Assembly (NCBI RefSeq): GCF_009914755.1
Contig: NC_060927.1
Direction: 5' to 3' (one strand)
DNA: 64,000 nt
DNA from: the human T2T-CHM13v2.0 reference genome, Homo sapiens
Below are positions 51,887 through 64,000 of the stretch, piece after piece (within the stretch, counting starts at the first letter, position 1; each line of letters begins with the position of its first letter). Both the position numbers and the translations under genes were made by a program. Under the pieces are notes generated by a model. The model saw only the letters and a list, made by a program, of their open reading frames with translations, was not told where the DNA came from and searched no databases.

Positions 51887-54719
51887 TTATCTTCATTTGT
51901 CTATGAGTAATTTTATGAAATCCATAAAATAGAAGCAATTAATATGGTGCTAATTGAAGTGTTTAAATGTAAGGGCTTAAATTTTAGGTTCTCCTAGATT
52001 TCAATATTGATTGTTAAGTAATACTTTTGAGTATATATGCTACTTGATCCAACTGGCTAAAACTTTTGTGGATGTGATTTCATCATGTCCAAAAGTATCA
52101 TATTTTGTGGATGTAGTTTTATTGTTCACAAGCAGCTAAGCTATAAATTTTAGAAATTATTATTTCAGGAGATGTTTTTAGTTGTCCTTTTATATTACTT
52201 ATGGCAATAATGCAACTATCTAAGAAAAACACTCAGCCACTTGACATCAATTTCCAGATCTAAAGAGCAAAGGCAGCTCTGTTTGCTTCAACACCTTCCT
52301 GAGTAATGTCATGAAGTTTAATATTACATCCTCCCAAACAGGTCAATAAATAATTTTAAAAAATCATGAACGTTAACGAGAACAGGGGTGAAAATGTGTT
52401 TTGGACAGAATAAAGTACTATTATAAATTACCAGCAGCCTATTTTATTTCGTGATTATTGCTTCCTAAAGGCCATTGAGAAACAAAAATGTAGACTCAAA
52501 AAGAAATAAAATAAAAGTATACCACCAATAGCGACTTATTTTTTTCATGTAATTTTAATTTTACCATTTTTGTCTGGAAGGAAGGACAAAATCATCCAAA
52601 AGTGGAAGGGCTAATGTTTTTCTTTAGCAACATGGAGATTAGGCTGTAAGATCTCTTGCTGATTTTATCTCTTATACAATGACCAGAGGTAGATATGAGG
52701 GTTTTGGGGATGCATCACTTGCCACCTCTTCAATTGTCATGGATAAAGCAAGAAGACAATGGAAGATCTCTAAATCCTTTTGGAATAGTAAAGCCTACAT
52801 TCTGATAAAGGAGGTGATATTTGAAGGCAGGTCCCAGGGAGTGTATTACTATTTTATCCCCCAGTTGTTAAAACATCACAGTTTCATAGGTACTTTATCT
52901 CTAGGGCAATACTTCATTTCACATATGAAGTAGTTGGCAGTAAGGCCCAGCATATGACATCCCCAAGAGCACACACACAATTCGTGACAGAATGAGAACC
53001 AGAGCCCAAACCTACAGTTATATTTATTCAAGGGTCAGCCCTACTATGTGGCATAAATGACATGTTACATGAAATACACAGACAACATGAAGACACAAAT
53101 ATCTCCGTGAGGCTCCAGAAGTTGTTGGCAGGCTCAGCCCACTACTTATGGTGGTAAAGCATTTTTTTTTCTTAAAAAACTTTCACTACCCCTAGATCAT
53201 AAAGATAGTTTCCCATATTAACTTCTGTAAGTTTTACTGTTTTTAATGCAATTATTATAAAGCTGAAGTGCTTCCTTTTGATTAAAAAGTTTTTGAGGAA
53301 GAAACAGATATTCTATGCAATTAGTAAAGTCACATCAAACTGGCATTTTTATTAACAAACTCAACTATATAGTCTCAGAAAAAAAGAGGGAAGTGCAATT
53401 AATAAAAATAGTATGTGTAGTCTTTCTATTGTTTCGGTCAATGACTTTATTTATTACCCTGTATAAACGTGAGAGACAATATCAAACTGACTTTCTTCCA
53501 TTGGTTTTAGTTCCTATATAACTCAGTGTGAGCATCTCACCTTGTAGTCTATGATTTTACGGTTTAAAGACGTGAATCTTGCATCTAACATGGCTTCTGA
53601 AGCAAAGCAACCACTTTTCTTTGTGTTCACTATGATGTTTTTGATTCCCTAAATTGAATTGTTTAAAAATATATTCTAGAGTTTTAAGAATTAATATTCA
53701 AATAAAATAGCTAGGCTCAAATCTAGTCATTCCTCAAGATTTTAAGTTTAAATTCTAACTTAAATTCTGACTTAAAAAATTCAATAATAATTTTTAAGTG
53801 GCCTTTGAAAAATGTTTCATCTTATATGCAAAAGCATTTGATTGATGTACTGAAAAGAAATCAAATATACTACATTTTTAGTAGGGGCAGTTTCATATGT
53901 TTACAGGAGTTTAATTATCTGCTATTAAAAAATCTCAAGCATTTAATGCTTAAAAATTAAAAAAATAAATTTGTTCAATCTTAGGTTTATTAAATAACAT
54001 ATATGTATATATATGTTATATATATGTGTGTGTGTATATATATATATATGTATATAAAACCTTGGTAGCATTTCAGTTTTACATAAGAAGTTTCCATTGT
54101 TTACTTGTTACACATTTTAAGTCATAATAAAAAGACTAACCGGTTACTTAAGTAGGTCAAATTCTTTAACACATTAGAACTGCTAAAAAAACCAACACGC
54201 ATAGATTCTTTAACATTAAGACATTTACCTAATTGTTGATTATTTTAAACATGTGCTTATATATGCCTGGGCTTAAGTGATACTTATCCACTTGAAACAC
54301 ATTTGTCTTCTAAACTAACTGAAATTACTTATTAGTCAAAGGTTTTGGCTGGGACTATGGCTAGATTCTTATTTGCAGCCATCATGCAACATAATCCTAT
54401 TTATAGTCTATGTAAGGGCTTAATAAATTAGGGAAGTTCATGTCATTGTTGTTATAGCCCACACAACTCATCTAACTCATGTAATCTAAGTGTTTAACAT
54501 CCCTTAGATGCAAATGACACATTACCCAATTCTCTCTGCAACCATGCAGCTTTTAATATTTGATTAAAATTTTGCATTTCTTGATTCTTAACATATTTGA
54601 ATAACTTGTCATGCCACTTTATTTCTGATTTGACAGAATCTTGCATTTTCTCCCATTCTTCTGGTCTGGTAGGACCATGGAATTCTTACAGATTTAAAAT
54701 GTTATCTGACGAGGGGGAA

Positions 54720-55110
54720 TTTCTATATTACAAGAGACTAATGGAATATAACAACCAAATGTAATACATCATCCTTTTCACTTAGTTGTATTATCTCCTT
54801 GGACTCTTTTTAGGGTTTACTGGATTGGGGGGGAAAGTTATATAATATATTTTTTATGAATTGAGAAAGTTTGACTATGACTTGATATTGGATGCTCTTA
54901 TGAATTAATTGTAACTTTCTTGCGATTGATAATGCCATTGTGGTTATGTGGAGAAGGCCCTTATTCTTGAGATGTGTGCTGGAATATGGATCAAAATGTC
55001 TAAAACTAACTTCCAAATGACTCAGTATCCACCACCACCACAACAGATAGATGGATGGATAGATAGATAGATGTACATATGTTTGGATAAATACATAGAT
55101 AAAAAAGATG
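54720..55110 (+). mobile_element. Old L1M (L1MC/ME) 3' fragment with (GATA/GATG)n at ~55045-55072
   Basis: ACAACCAAATGTAAT...GATAATGCCATTGTGGTTATGTGGAGAAGGCCCTTATTCTTGAGAT. Confidence 0.7.
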
Positions 55111-55119
55111 AGAAATGCA

Positions 55120-55850
55120 ATATCTAATTGGAATCTCCACATCTCAAGGCTGTATTAGACTCTGTTATAGTCCTAGTTTCTGAGAATGTAACTTGTGAGT
55201 CATTCTTGATTCCTTTTTCGTACTCACTCTGCACCTAGAATGCAACAAGTCCTGTTATTTCCTTTTCAAAATAATATTTTAAATATGTTTACTTTAATGC
55301 ACCCCTAGTATTATAACAGTAGCACTCAATTCAAAAGTCTTCAATGATTTTCCATTCCACTTAGGAGAAAAGGTGTAGCCCGGCCCTGCTGCCTACAGGG
55401 AGACAACTTCTGGCCCTCTCCTCCTAGCTCAGGATGATGGACTTTCTTCCAAAAAAGTTTCACAAAGTATTGACTGTTTTGACATTTGAGGATCTGTGGT
55501 CATGCGATGAATGCTACCTAGTTCACCTTGCTCCAGCCTTCATCTGACTAACTTGACTCAGTCCTTCAATACTTTTCAACTGTTGCATTTCTCAGAAAGT
55601 CTTTTCCTGACACCTGCCATCTAAATTAGGATCTACTGTGCTTTACTTTTCTTTCATAGCACTTTCCTAACATATTTTGCAAACATTTTTTAATGTGCTT
55701 GATTATTAATTTAATAACTCCCTCTGTCTATAGTCTATAAGCTCTGTGTGGGTAAAGCTTATGTTTGTTTTGCTTACTTCTGACTTCCCAAGACCTTGAG
55801 TCCAATGCTTAGAAACTGCTCACCAAAAATATGTGAAATAAATAATTAAT
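55120..55850 (+). mobile_element. L2 fragment
   Basis: GAGTCATTCTTGATTCCT...CTGACTAACTTGACTCAGTCCTTCA...TATAAGCTCTGTGTGGGTAAAG. Confidence 0.65.
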
Positions 55851-56910
55851 TAACAGAAATCTCAAAGAGAGGAGTACTATAGGAAAAAGAGCTGTTTTAT
55901 TCTTAGGAAAGGGTTGACAAAGATGTGAAATTATATTGCCATTATTCATTGTTGGTACCCATGAACATACATTTGAATATCGGGGAGTGGGTTTATATTC
56001 AGCCAAAAGATACTGGCATTTTGTCCCTTGTGATTGATTCCTGTGCTGTGCCTTCTCATAAATATTTTGCCTATCATCTCTATTGAGAAAGAAATATTTT
56101 TATTCTGATGTAATAATACCAATAGTCAAGTTTTCATTGGAGGGAAATGAGCAATTAAGATAACTAGTAAAATTATTATTTTATTATTAATTTGTTATGA
56201 TTACACTTCATGAAAGGAGGAAGGAAGTCAATATGCTAGCATATCTTCAAAGCTGCTTCAGAAGAATAAAATGTGCAAATATCTTGAAAAGGAACCTGGT
56301 GAATTATTAAGGGAAAGCTTTTAAAGTGACTTAGTTCCACCTATCATTTCACTTACTCCCCCAAAACTCAGATTGTACAATAAATGTTCTAAACTAAACA
56401 CTGTAGATCATTTAAATGCTGTAGATTACTTAAGAAAACCCTCAACAGAAAGACAAATGAGGAAGGCAGGCAAAGGGAAATAAATGAACACTCACTTTGT
56501 GTCAGAGAAAATTGGAGTAGGTTTTTCTCTTAGGAGCAGCCTTTAGCATTCATATTTCCTTATGGTATACATCAGCATCTTAAGAGCCATAAAATTTCTG
56601 AATGTCTTCTTGTTGGCTCAACATATTTCCTTCTTTGTTTGAGGCATTATTCTGAAAGTACATGGTGTGTTTTTTTCTTTATTTAGCAAGACAAGGACAT
56701 TCTACATTAATGAATGTATATGTACATAATAATGAATATTTCCAATGAAGGTCATATATTTTCATTTTTCTTTTAATATATATGTTGACTCTAATGTGCA
56801 AGTGCAAGATAAAGATAAAGAATATAGAGCTTCAGTCTAGACACCCCATCAGAGAACATGTTTCTTTATTAAGGAGTTGTGATCCTTAGCACTTTAAAAC
56901 TAATGATTTA

Positions 56911-57216
<306 letters not shown>

Positions 57217-58209
57217 ATAATGATTTTGAAGGGCGAGTTAATATGTACTTTTCCTGGAGAGAAGACTGTGTAACATCATGATTCTTAGCTGGGCAATACA
57301 GTTGCCTACCTGTGTGGCTTTAGTGCCCGTTTACCTAGGATCTATTAGTTGTCCAATGCTGGAGTAGAGTTTCATCCTTTAACTTAAACTTTGATCTCTG
57401 TTAAAATACACACATTTTTTTCTCCTTTTTTCCTGAGATCTTTTAATGTTTCCAGTAATTTAAACCTTAATGAACTGTTGTGATCTTTTCTGCAGAGCAG
57501 GTTTGAGTGAGTGATGCAGAAGCACTGGGTATGAGGCCATGCCCCTACAGGAATGGCAGCCTGTGGAGAGTAGCTGCTCAGTAAATGCAGTGGAGAGCCA
57601 AGAATTAGAGGACTGGGGCCTCACCGATGCCAAAGAACTCATTTCACATTTTTGTGAATCTGTATGATAAAAAACTAGCTTTAGTTTAGTGGGGAAAAGT
57701 GCATAAATCTCAGATTGATGTTTAACATTTGAAGAGATGATATTTAGTTTGAATTTTCTATTTTTCTTTCCAACTATAACAACAGATCAGCCTATATCAA
57801 GGCAATGAAATTAAGGAAATTTAAAAGTTTGATAAATTGTTGAGGTCATTTGTCTCTGCAAAAGTTATTTCTTGAGAGCAGATAAAGGCACTTTCGAACA
57901 TGTTCACTTTTTTTTTCAGGTCACAGGGGTGCTATTTAATAAATTACTTTTCTCAGGCACTAAGAGCCACCTTTATTCATCTGAAAAGGTTAATGCAGAT
58001 TTTTAAAGTGTCCAAGTTATTCCCAAAGAGTAATTTGTGCACTAGGAAAGTCTATTTTATTTGAGAAGTAGCTAAATGGCAAGAAAAAAAAAGCAAGTGA
58101 GGTATACATTATAGACACATAGATCTGGGTTGTTCATAATCAATGTTCCCCCCAGCAAGCTTCATTTATATGGGTTAGTTATATATCTCTGACCACTTTA
58201 TTTAAAACT

Positions 58210-58780
58210 TCAATATTTCTTCCTTCCACCTTAGAACTTCCTACTATTCTTCTTGCTTTATTCATCTCCATAGCACTTATCACAAATATACTCTATATTT
58301 TACTTGTAGATTTTGGTTCCTTCTGACTTAGAAGTTAGAATGTAAGTTCTATGCAGATATGCAATAAAAATTTTTCTGATTGCTGTACCTCAGCATCCCC
58401 CCACTCCCTGGAGAGTACCAGACACATATAAACATTCAATAATTATTTGATCAGTATACACAAGAATAAAGCAATACTGATCAAATTTACCAAGAAATTG
58501 CCAAATTTCCATTTGATTTAGCATTATATGCATCATTTTCTGGAAGGCGGTGCCACATAATAGTTGAGGGTTGTTTCTGTAGTCATTGCTCCGGGCGTGA
58601 ATCCTGATTCTAACAGTGGCTGTCTGCTTAGCATTGGGCAAATTACTTCAGATTACTGTGCCTTAGTTTTCTCATTCCCCAGTATAGGGAGAATAAATTG
58701 CCTATCTCATAGTTAGAAAACACATATAAAAGTATTTAAAACACTCTGGTACACAGTCAGCTCTTAAAACTTATAAGTAT
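58210..58780 (+). mobile_element. L2 3' end (58210-58460) followed by MIR (58590-58780)
   Basis: CTCCATAGCACTTATCAC...TAGAATGTAAGTTCTATG; TTGGGCAAATTACTTCAG...GTGCCTTAGTTTTCTCAT. Confidence 0.65.
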
Positions 58781-58814
58781 TACATTAAATCAATTTTTGA
58801 AAAGAACAATATTC

Positions 58815-59113
58815 TTTTTCTTTTTGTCTTGAGACGGAGTCTCGCTCTGTCACCCAGGCTGGAGTGCAGTGGCGTGATCTCGGCTCACTGCAAGCTCCGC
58901 CTCCCGGGTTCAAGGCATTCTTCTGACTCAGCCTCCCGAGTAACTGGGACTAAGGCACCCGCCACCACGCCCGGCTAATTTTTTTGTATTTTTTTAGAAG
59001 AGACGTGGTTTCACCGTGTTAGCCAGGATGGTCTCGATCTCCTGACCTCGTGATACACCCGCCTCGGCCTCCCAAAGTGCTGAGATTATAGGCGTGAGCC
59101 ACCGCGCCTGGCC
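58815..59113 (-). mobile_element. AluY
   Basis: CTCACTGCAAGCTCCGCCTCCCGGG, CCGTGTTAGCCAGGATGG; TSD AAGAACAAT(A/G)TTCTTT. Confidence 0.96.
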
Positions 59114-60399
59114 AAGAACAATGTTCTTTATGCACTCACTGCCTAATGAAATAGAGTCATGAAAATTATGTAGATATTAAAAAATATTTTGTCTCAATCA
59201 TCTGAATTATTTAATTCAGAGCATATCTTAAGCATACATTATTAATATAATTTACTTTCTGAAAATTAGTAGGACATTAATTTTATTTGAAAACCTCCAA
59301 TCAAGTCAAAGAGAATAATGTAATAATTCCAAATGTCAAGCTCATTTTTGAATTCTGCATTGCCATTTACTATGTCTGTGACCCTGTGCGAGTCAATTAA
59401 AATATTTAAGCTTTGGTTTTCACATTTTTAACATGAGTAAAAATTAAATCTATGTAATTAGTTGAATATTAAACATAGCACAGTGCCTGGTACATACAGT
59501 AACAGATCTCAATAAAAAGATTAAACAAAGATTATTTTATATTAAAATCTAAAGACCAATGTTTGTGACAGAACTATACCAATTAATATAAAATTGAGGA
59601 GGAATTAAAAGTGCATTATATTTTTCTGACTCCAAATTTAATTCTAAGCAAAGAAATTAGAGATTTATATGTTGGAAGAAGTCATTTTAAAAAGAAAATT
59701 TAGTATGAGAAATATTGACATATTTGACAGCAAATCACTTAGCATATGACTTCCTTTTCTATTAGTAACAGTTTATGAGATACAGATGTCTCTTTTTTTA
59801 CACAAACACTTCTGAATTTCTTAAAATTCAACATTTTACTTATAATCCTCCTTCTCCTCCCCATTCCCATCAATTTAAACTTATGAAGATTCTAAATAAG
59901 AAACACATACAAAACTCTTTTGCACACATATCTTCAAGGCCATTATCATCTCAGACTGTGGTATTAATATTTTGTATTATTGGATGTATTAGACAAGGCA
60001 TTCTTGTAAACCACTATTAAAATCCAAGCAGAGACATTGGTTGCTGCACTTAGATGTGGTGGAGAAGGTGAAAAATGCTTCTGCTCAGATTCTCTGTCAA
60101 GAGTTTGCTGGAGCCACAGTGGGACAGCAAGCACCTTAGATTATTCCAGAGTAAACCACAGAATCAGGTTCTACATTCTGAAAAGAAACTCCACTAAACC
60201 TTTATAACCAGATCAGAGCTAAAATACACATGTCTGGAATTGCACCTGCCTAAGATCTAGGGAGCCTGAGCAGCCAGGATGATATGTTTTTGAGGAATGT
60301 AAAGGGTGTTAACATAATCCCCCAATCCCATACAATTCAATTTCAGAAAAGTATTTAGGGACTGTGCTAAAATAGCATCTCCAAGCTTGCTATGGCAAG

Positions 60400-60439
60400 A
60401 TGATGCTCAGGTTTTCCATGTGCAGGGGAAATGATGAAG
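60400..60439 (+). CDS. ZPLD1: ZPLD1 first-exon coding segment of the N-terminally extended isoform (MMLRFSMCRGNDE/G)
   Basis: ATG ATG CTC AGG TTT TCC ATG TGC AGG GGA AAT GAT GAA G|GTAAGG; phase-1 junction to 63765 gives G-F-A-MEQIW in frame. Confidence 0.75.
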
Positions 60440-60922
60440 GTAAGGTTGAGGATGGGAAATTTGCAAGATAATAGTTCATCAGTTTGTTTTAACTTACAGT
60501 TGAACTATAAAGAAGGCTTGAAAATGTCGTAAGCCCTGCCAAGACTATAGAGATTCAAAATAGGGATACTGCCTTTATAAGAGATATGGGTGTCCTTTTA
60601 AAATTCCTTGCCTAATGTGCCTTAATATTAAAACACAGATCAGCACAAATATCATTGTAACTCAAATAGAGATTCAACCAATTAGGGATGTCACTAGCCC
60701 ATGAGACACTTTGTATTGTAGCTTAGCTCTAGAGTACATGGCTAGTCCAAAGAAGTTCAGACCTAGACATTGTTTTCCTGCATTGGATGCCCTTGTGGAG
60801 GGTACGACCTGCACATCAATATGTGGTGGCCTTGAAACTAAGTTTTCAATGCCTTCTGTATGTCCAAACTATACTATACTTTATGCACTTATACTTTGTA
60901 AAGTCTATGATCATCATCTTGA

Positions 60923-61226
<304 letters not shown>

Positions 61227-61859
61227 ATTATCTTGATTTTTAAATGACAAATCTACAGAATGGCTGAGAAGGGATTTATCTGAATCTATACCTGCTAACA
61301 TAAAAATCAATATATTTTCTGTTAAAGAAAGCTGCCTTCTACTTCCACCTCGTATTCATTAAAAAATGGTTAGGGTATTAATCACTATGAAAGTGCTGTA
61401 GGTTTTGTTAAGGAGAGTAGGACAGTGTCATGCCTTTTTGGGACAACCTGAGATGTGATTTAAAGCTTTAAGGCTAAGAGTTTACTACTTGTTCTCAGTG
61501 AGCTGTTTCAATTAACATGAGTTTTTCATTTATTTTTGGCCAACACAAATGTGTCTAGTTTAGTCAATAATAATTTTTTTGCTGTTTTCACAATGAGAAA
61601 TAAACAATTCTCTCTGTCTCTTTTTTAAAAATAATTTTATTTCTCATAATGCCCCATTATAAAATATATCTATAAAGAAAATTGTATTAATTACATCAAA
61701 ATTGTTTACTCATTATAAATGAACAGATCTATTAAAAGATACACAAAGTAAAAAGCTAAAGAAAACAGCTGATGATAAATGGCAATAAAGAAAATCTTAA
61801 ATTTAATAACAGATGAAATTTAGGTAGCTTGTTCAACAAACTTTACTATCAGAAAGACT

Positions 61860-62050
61860 TAGGGTTGAATTCTAGTTCCTCCACTTCATTTTCACGTCAT
61901 TTAAACCTTCTGAGACTCATTCTTTTCTCTGTACATGCAGTAATAATTGTAACCTCACCCATCATTATAAAAAATATAAATGAGCAGCTATAGGAAAGTT
62001 ATCTGGCACAAAGTGCCTTCTTTGTGCAAAGTGTACATTCAGTAAATGTT
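61860..62050 (+). mobile_element. MIR
   Basis: GGGTTGAATTCTAGTTCCTCCACTT...GTCATTTAAACCTTCTGAGACTCA...CATTCAGTAAATGTT. Confidence 0.6.
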
Positions 62051-62144
62051 ATTTTCTCCTGTGAAAAATATATGTTAGCTAGAAAGCATTTCAGAACCAC
62101 AAAATAACTCACCAACTTAAATTCCTGATTCTGTAATTTCTTAG

Positions 62145-62258
62145 GATACACCTCTGTGTTGGGGACAACAGTGTGGGTCTAGAGTTTCCAATGTCTTCCA
62201 GGAGTTCTTGGGACCCATCATGAGAAGGAAGTGGTGGAGCATGGAGCATGGAATAAAT
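62145..62258 (+). other. ZPLD1: Candidate 114-nt cassette 5' UTR exon of ZPLD1
   Basis: Acceptor TAATTTCTTAG| and weaker donor AAT|GTGGGT; carries a TAG (62180-62182) in frame with the 60400 ATG. Confidence 0.5.
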
Positions 62259-63709
62259 GTGGGTGCAGTGGAGTGTATTGCTTATTCAGGCTTCTTTCTT
62301 TTCTAGTGTCTTCCAAAGACTCCAAAAGAGCAAGACTGTCTTATTCTAGTTGAAGTATCTTGAGGAGCTAGATAATGATGGCGCAGGTATGGCCAAGAGC
62401 TCCTAGGGTCTGGGTCAGCCACTGGTGTGAGCCTTTTGCTTATGGACTGTCACAGGCAATCAGAACTAACTAGGCATATGGCTGTTCTCTCCAAAGTCTT
62501 TAGATCTGTGCCCGAGTACTGTGTGATAGTGCCAAAGGAAGGAAGTTCCTGCTGAATTAATATTTTTTTTCAGTCGATTTTTGAGAGTGAGCATGACTTT
62601 CTTTCCCACATCCTCACCAAAGTGACTTTATTCACTGTAAACTTGTTATTCTGAAATGATGATTCAAAAGCAAGATGTGTTTCCTTCCTTTTCCTAAAGA
62701 CTTGATTAATTATCTAAGGGTAGATTTTTAAGGACAGCTAAAACACCATTTTCCTTCCAAAACCCAAGCTTTTAAAATCCACTAAATTATTTGAGTAAAC
62801 CACTTGCAATTTTATTTTCTTTTTGCTTTTTATGCGTAGACCAAGACCACCAACCCAAAAGATTCTTTTCAGTGTACAAACTATGCTCTGAGAATAAGTT
62901 AGGTATTCCTGAAAGATGTTTTAACTCTATCAGGCCAATGAATGGGCATCCAGGAAAAAGAATTATTAAACGCAAAACTGACTGGTGTTTAAGTAAAAGT
63001 CCATTTCTATTTAACTGTTCAACCCACACTGATACATTTAAAAAAATCTTCCATTACTTTATCCTAAGAATTCAACGTTTTCTTATGTCTGTATCAGTCC
63101 TTACTACCCACCAAGGAGCAGTTGTGGGAGGAACTGCAATGTTGTTCACACACAGAGTATTTTCCTGTTCTTCCTTTTGCTTTATCACTATGTTTCCTAA
63201 GAAAATGACACACAAACCATTGATTTTGAAAAGTTGCAGTAGTCTGGAATTCTTCTGTTGGGGGAGACTTTTTTCTGTTTTCTGTTAAGGGAAAGTTGTT
63301 ATTTGGTCATTAAGATTATTGAGATTCCTCTTAGAATCAAGTATCCAACATTTAAATTCCTCTGACTATATACTTGTTGGTATTGTAAAAAGTAGACTCA
63401 TCTCCAAATTAGTCTGCCTAGTTATGCTATTCCAATCTGCTAGATACTTGGTTTGCGTTCTTCCTATGCATAATAAAGAAGTTTCCTTTTGTAAACTTTA
63501 TGATTTATACCTTAGCTCTTCTACTATGAAAATCTAGCTTTGTCACCCTTAGCCAACAGGAGGCAATGATGAAAACAATATTGAAATGTTGTAACCCAAA
63601 TATCTGCCTTTACTACCGATAATCCTCAGTTATTTCGTGAGCTTTGGCTGCATGGATGTAAACTGCTTATCCAACAGTGAGCTGAGATCAGCCTCAGTTT
63701 TTCCAGTAA

Positions 63710-63931
<222 letters not shown>

Positions 63932-64000
63932 TGAAGAGCAAGTCATTTAAATATATATGGAGAACGGGGGGCTATCTCTTTACATTAAGTGGATATTAAC

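Noticed and set aside
62791-63288. 165-aa plus-strand ORF in ZPLD1 intron
   Set aside because: Non-ATG start, low-complexity F/L/K/C composition, no domain, no clear splice boundaries.

Overview
Primate (human-like; AluY/AluS elements, strong CpG depletion, AT-rich) genomic DNA. The right end holds the 5' part of ZPLD1 (cupulin) on the + strand: a first exon able to encode a 16-aa N-terminal extension (ATG 60400, donor 60440), a candidate 114-nt cassette exon (62145-62258) and the signal-peptide exon (63765-63878, [23 protein letters not shown]...). Further upstream are candidate non-coding 5' exons (10417-10607, 17459-17514, 43345-43492). The main observation is at ~3.6-23.4 kb. By manual translation, a colinear series of decayed + strand exons there spells the C-terminal half of a type III ('non-chordate-type', DN-cadherin/Hz-cadherin-like) classical cadherin: last cadherin repeat, NC domain, EGF, LamG1, EGF, LamG2, EGF, EGF, and catenin-binding tail, followed by a relic AATAAA. 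This suggests a unitary pseudogene, at least one exon of which may have been recycled into the ZPLD1 5' UTR. These alignments were made by eye against remembered family motifs and need tblastn/HMM confirmation. The rest of the window is Alu, L1, L2, L3, MIR, MaLR/ERVL LTR and MER DNA elements, microsatellites, a palindromic AT-rich minisatellite and a truncated U2 snRNA retrocopy. Repeat subfamily names and the boundaries of old repeats are approximate.
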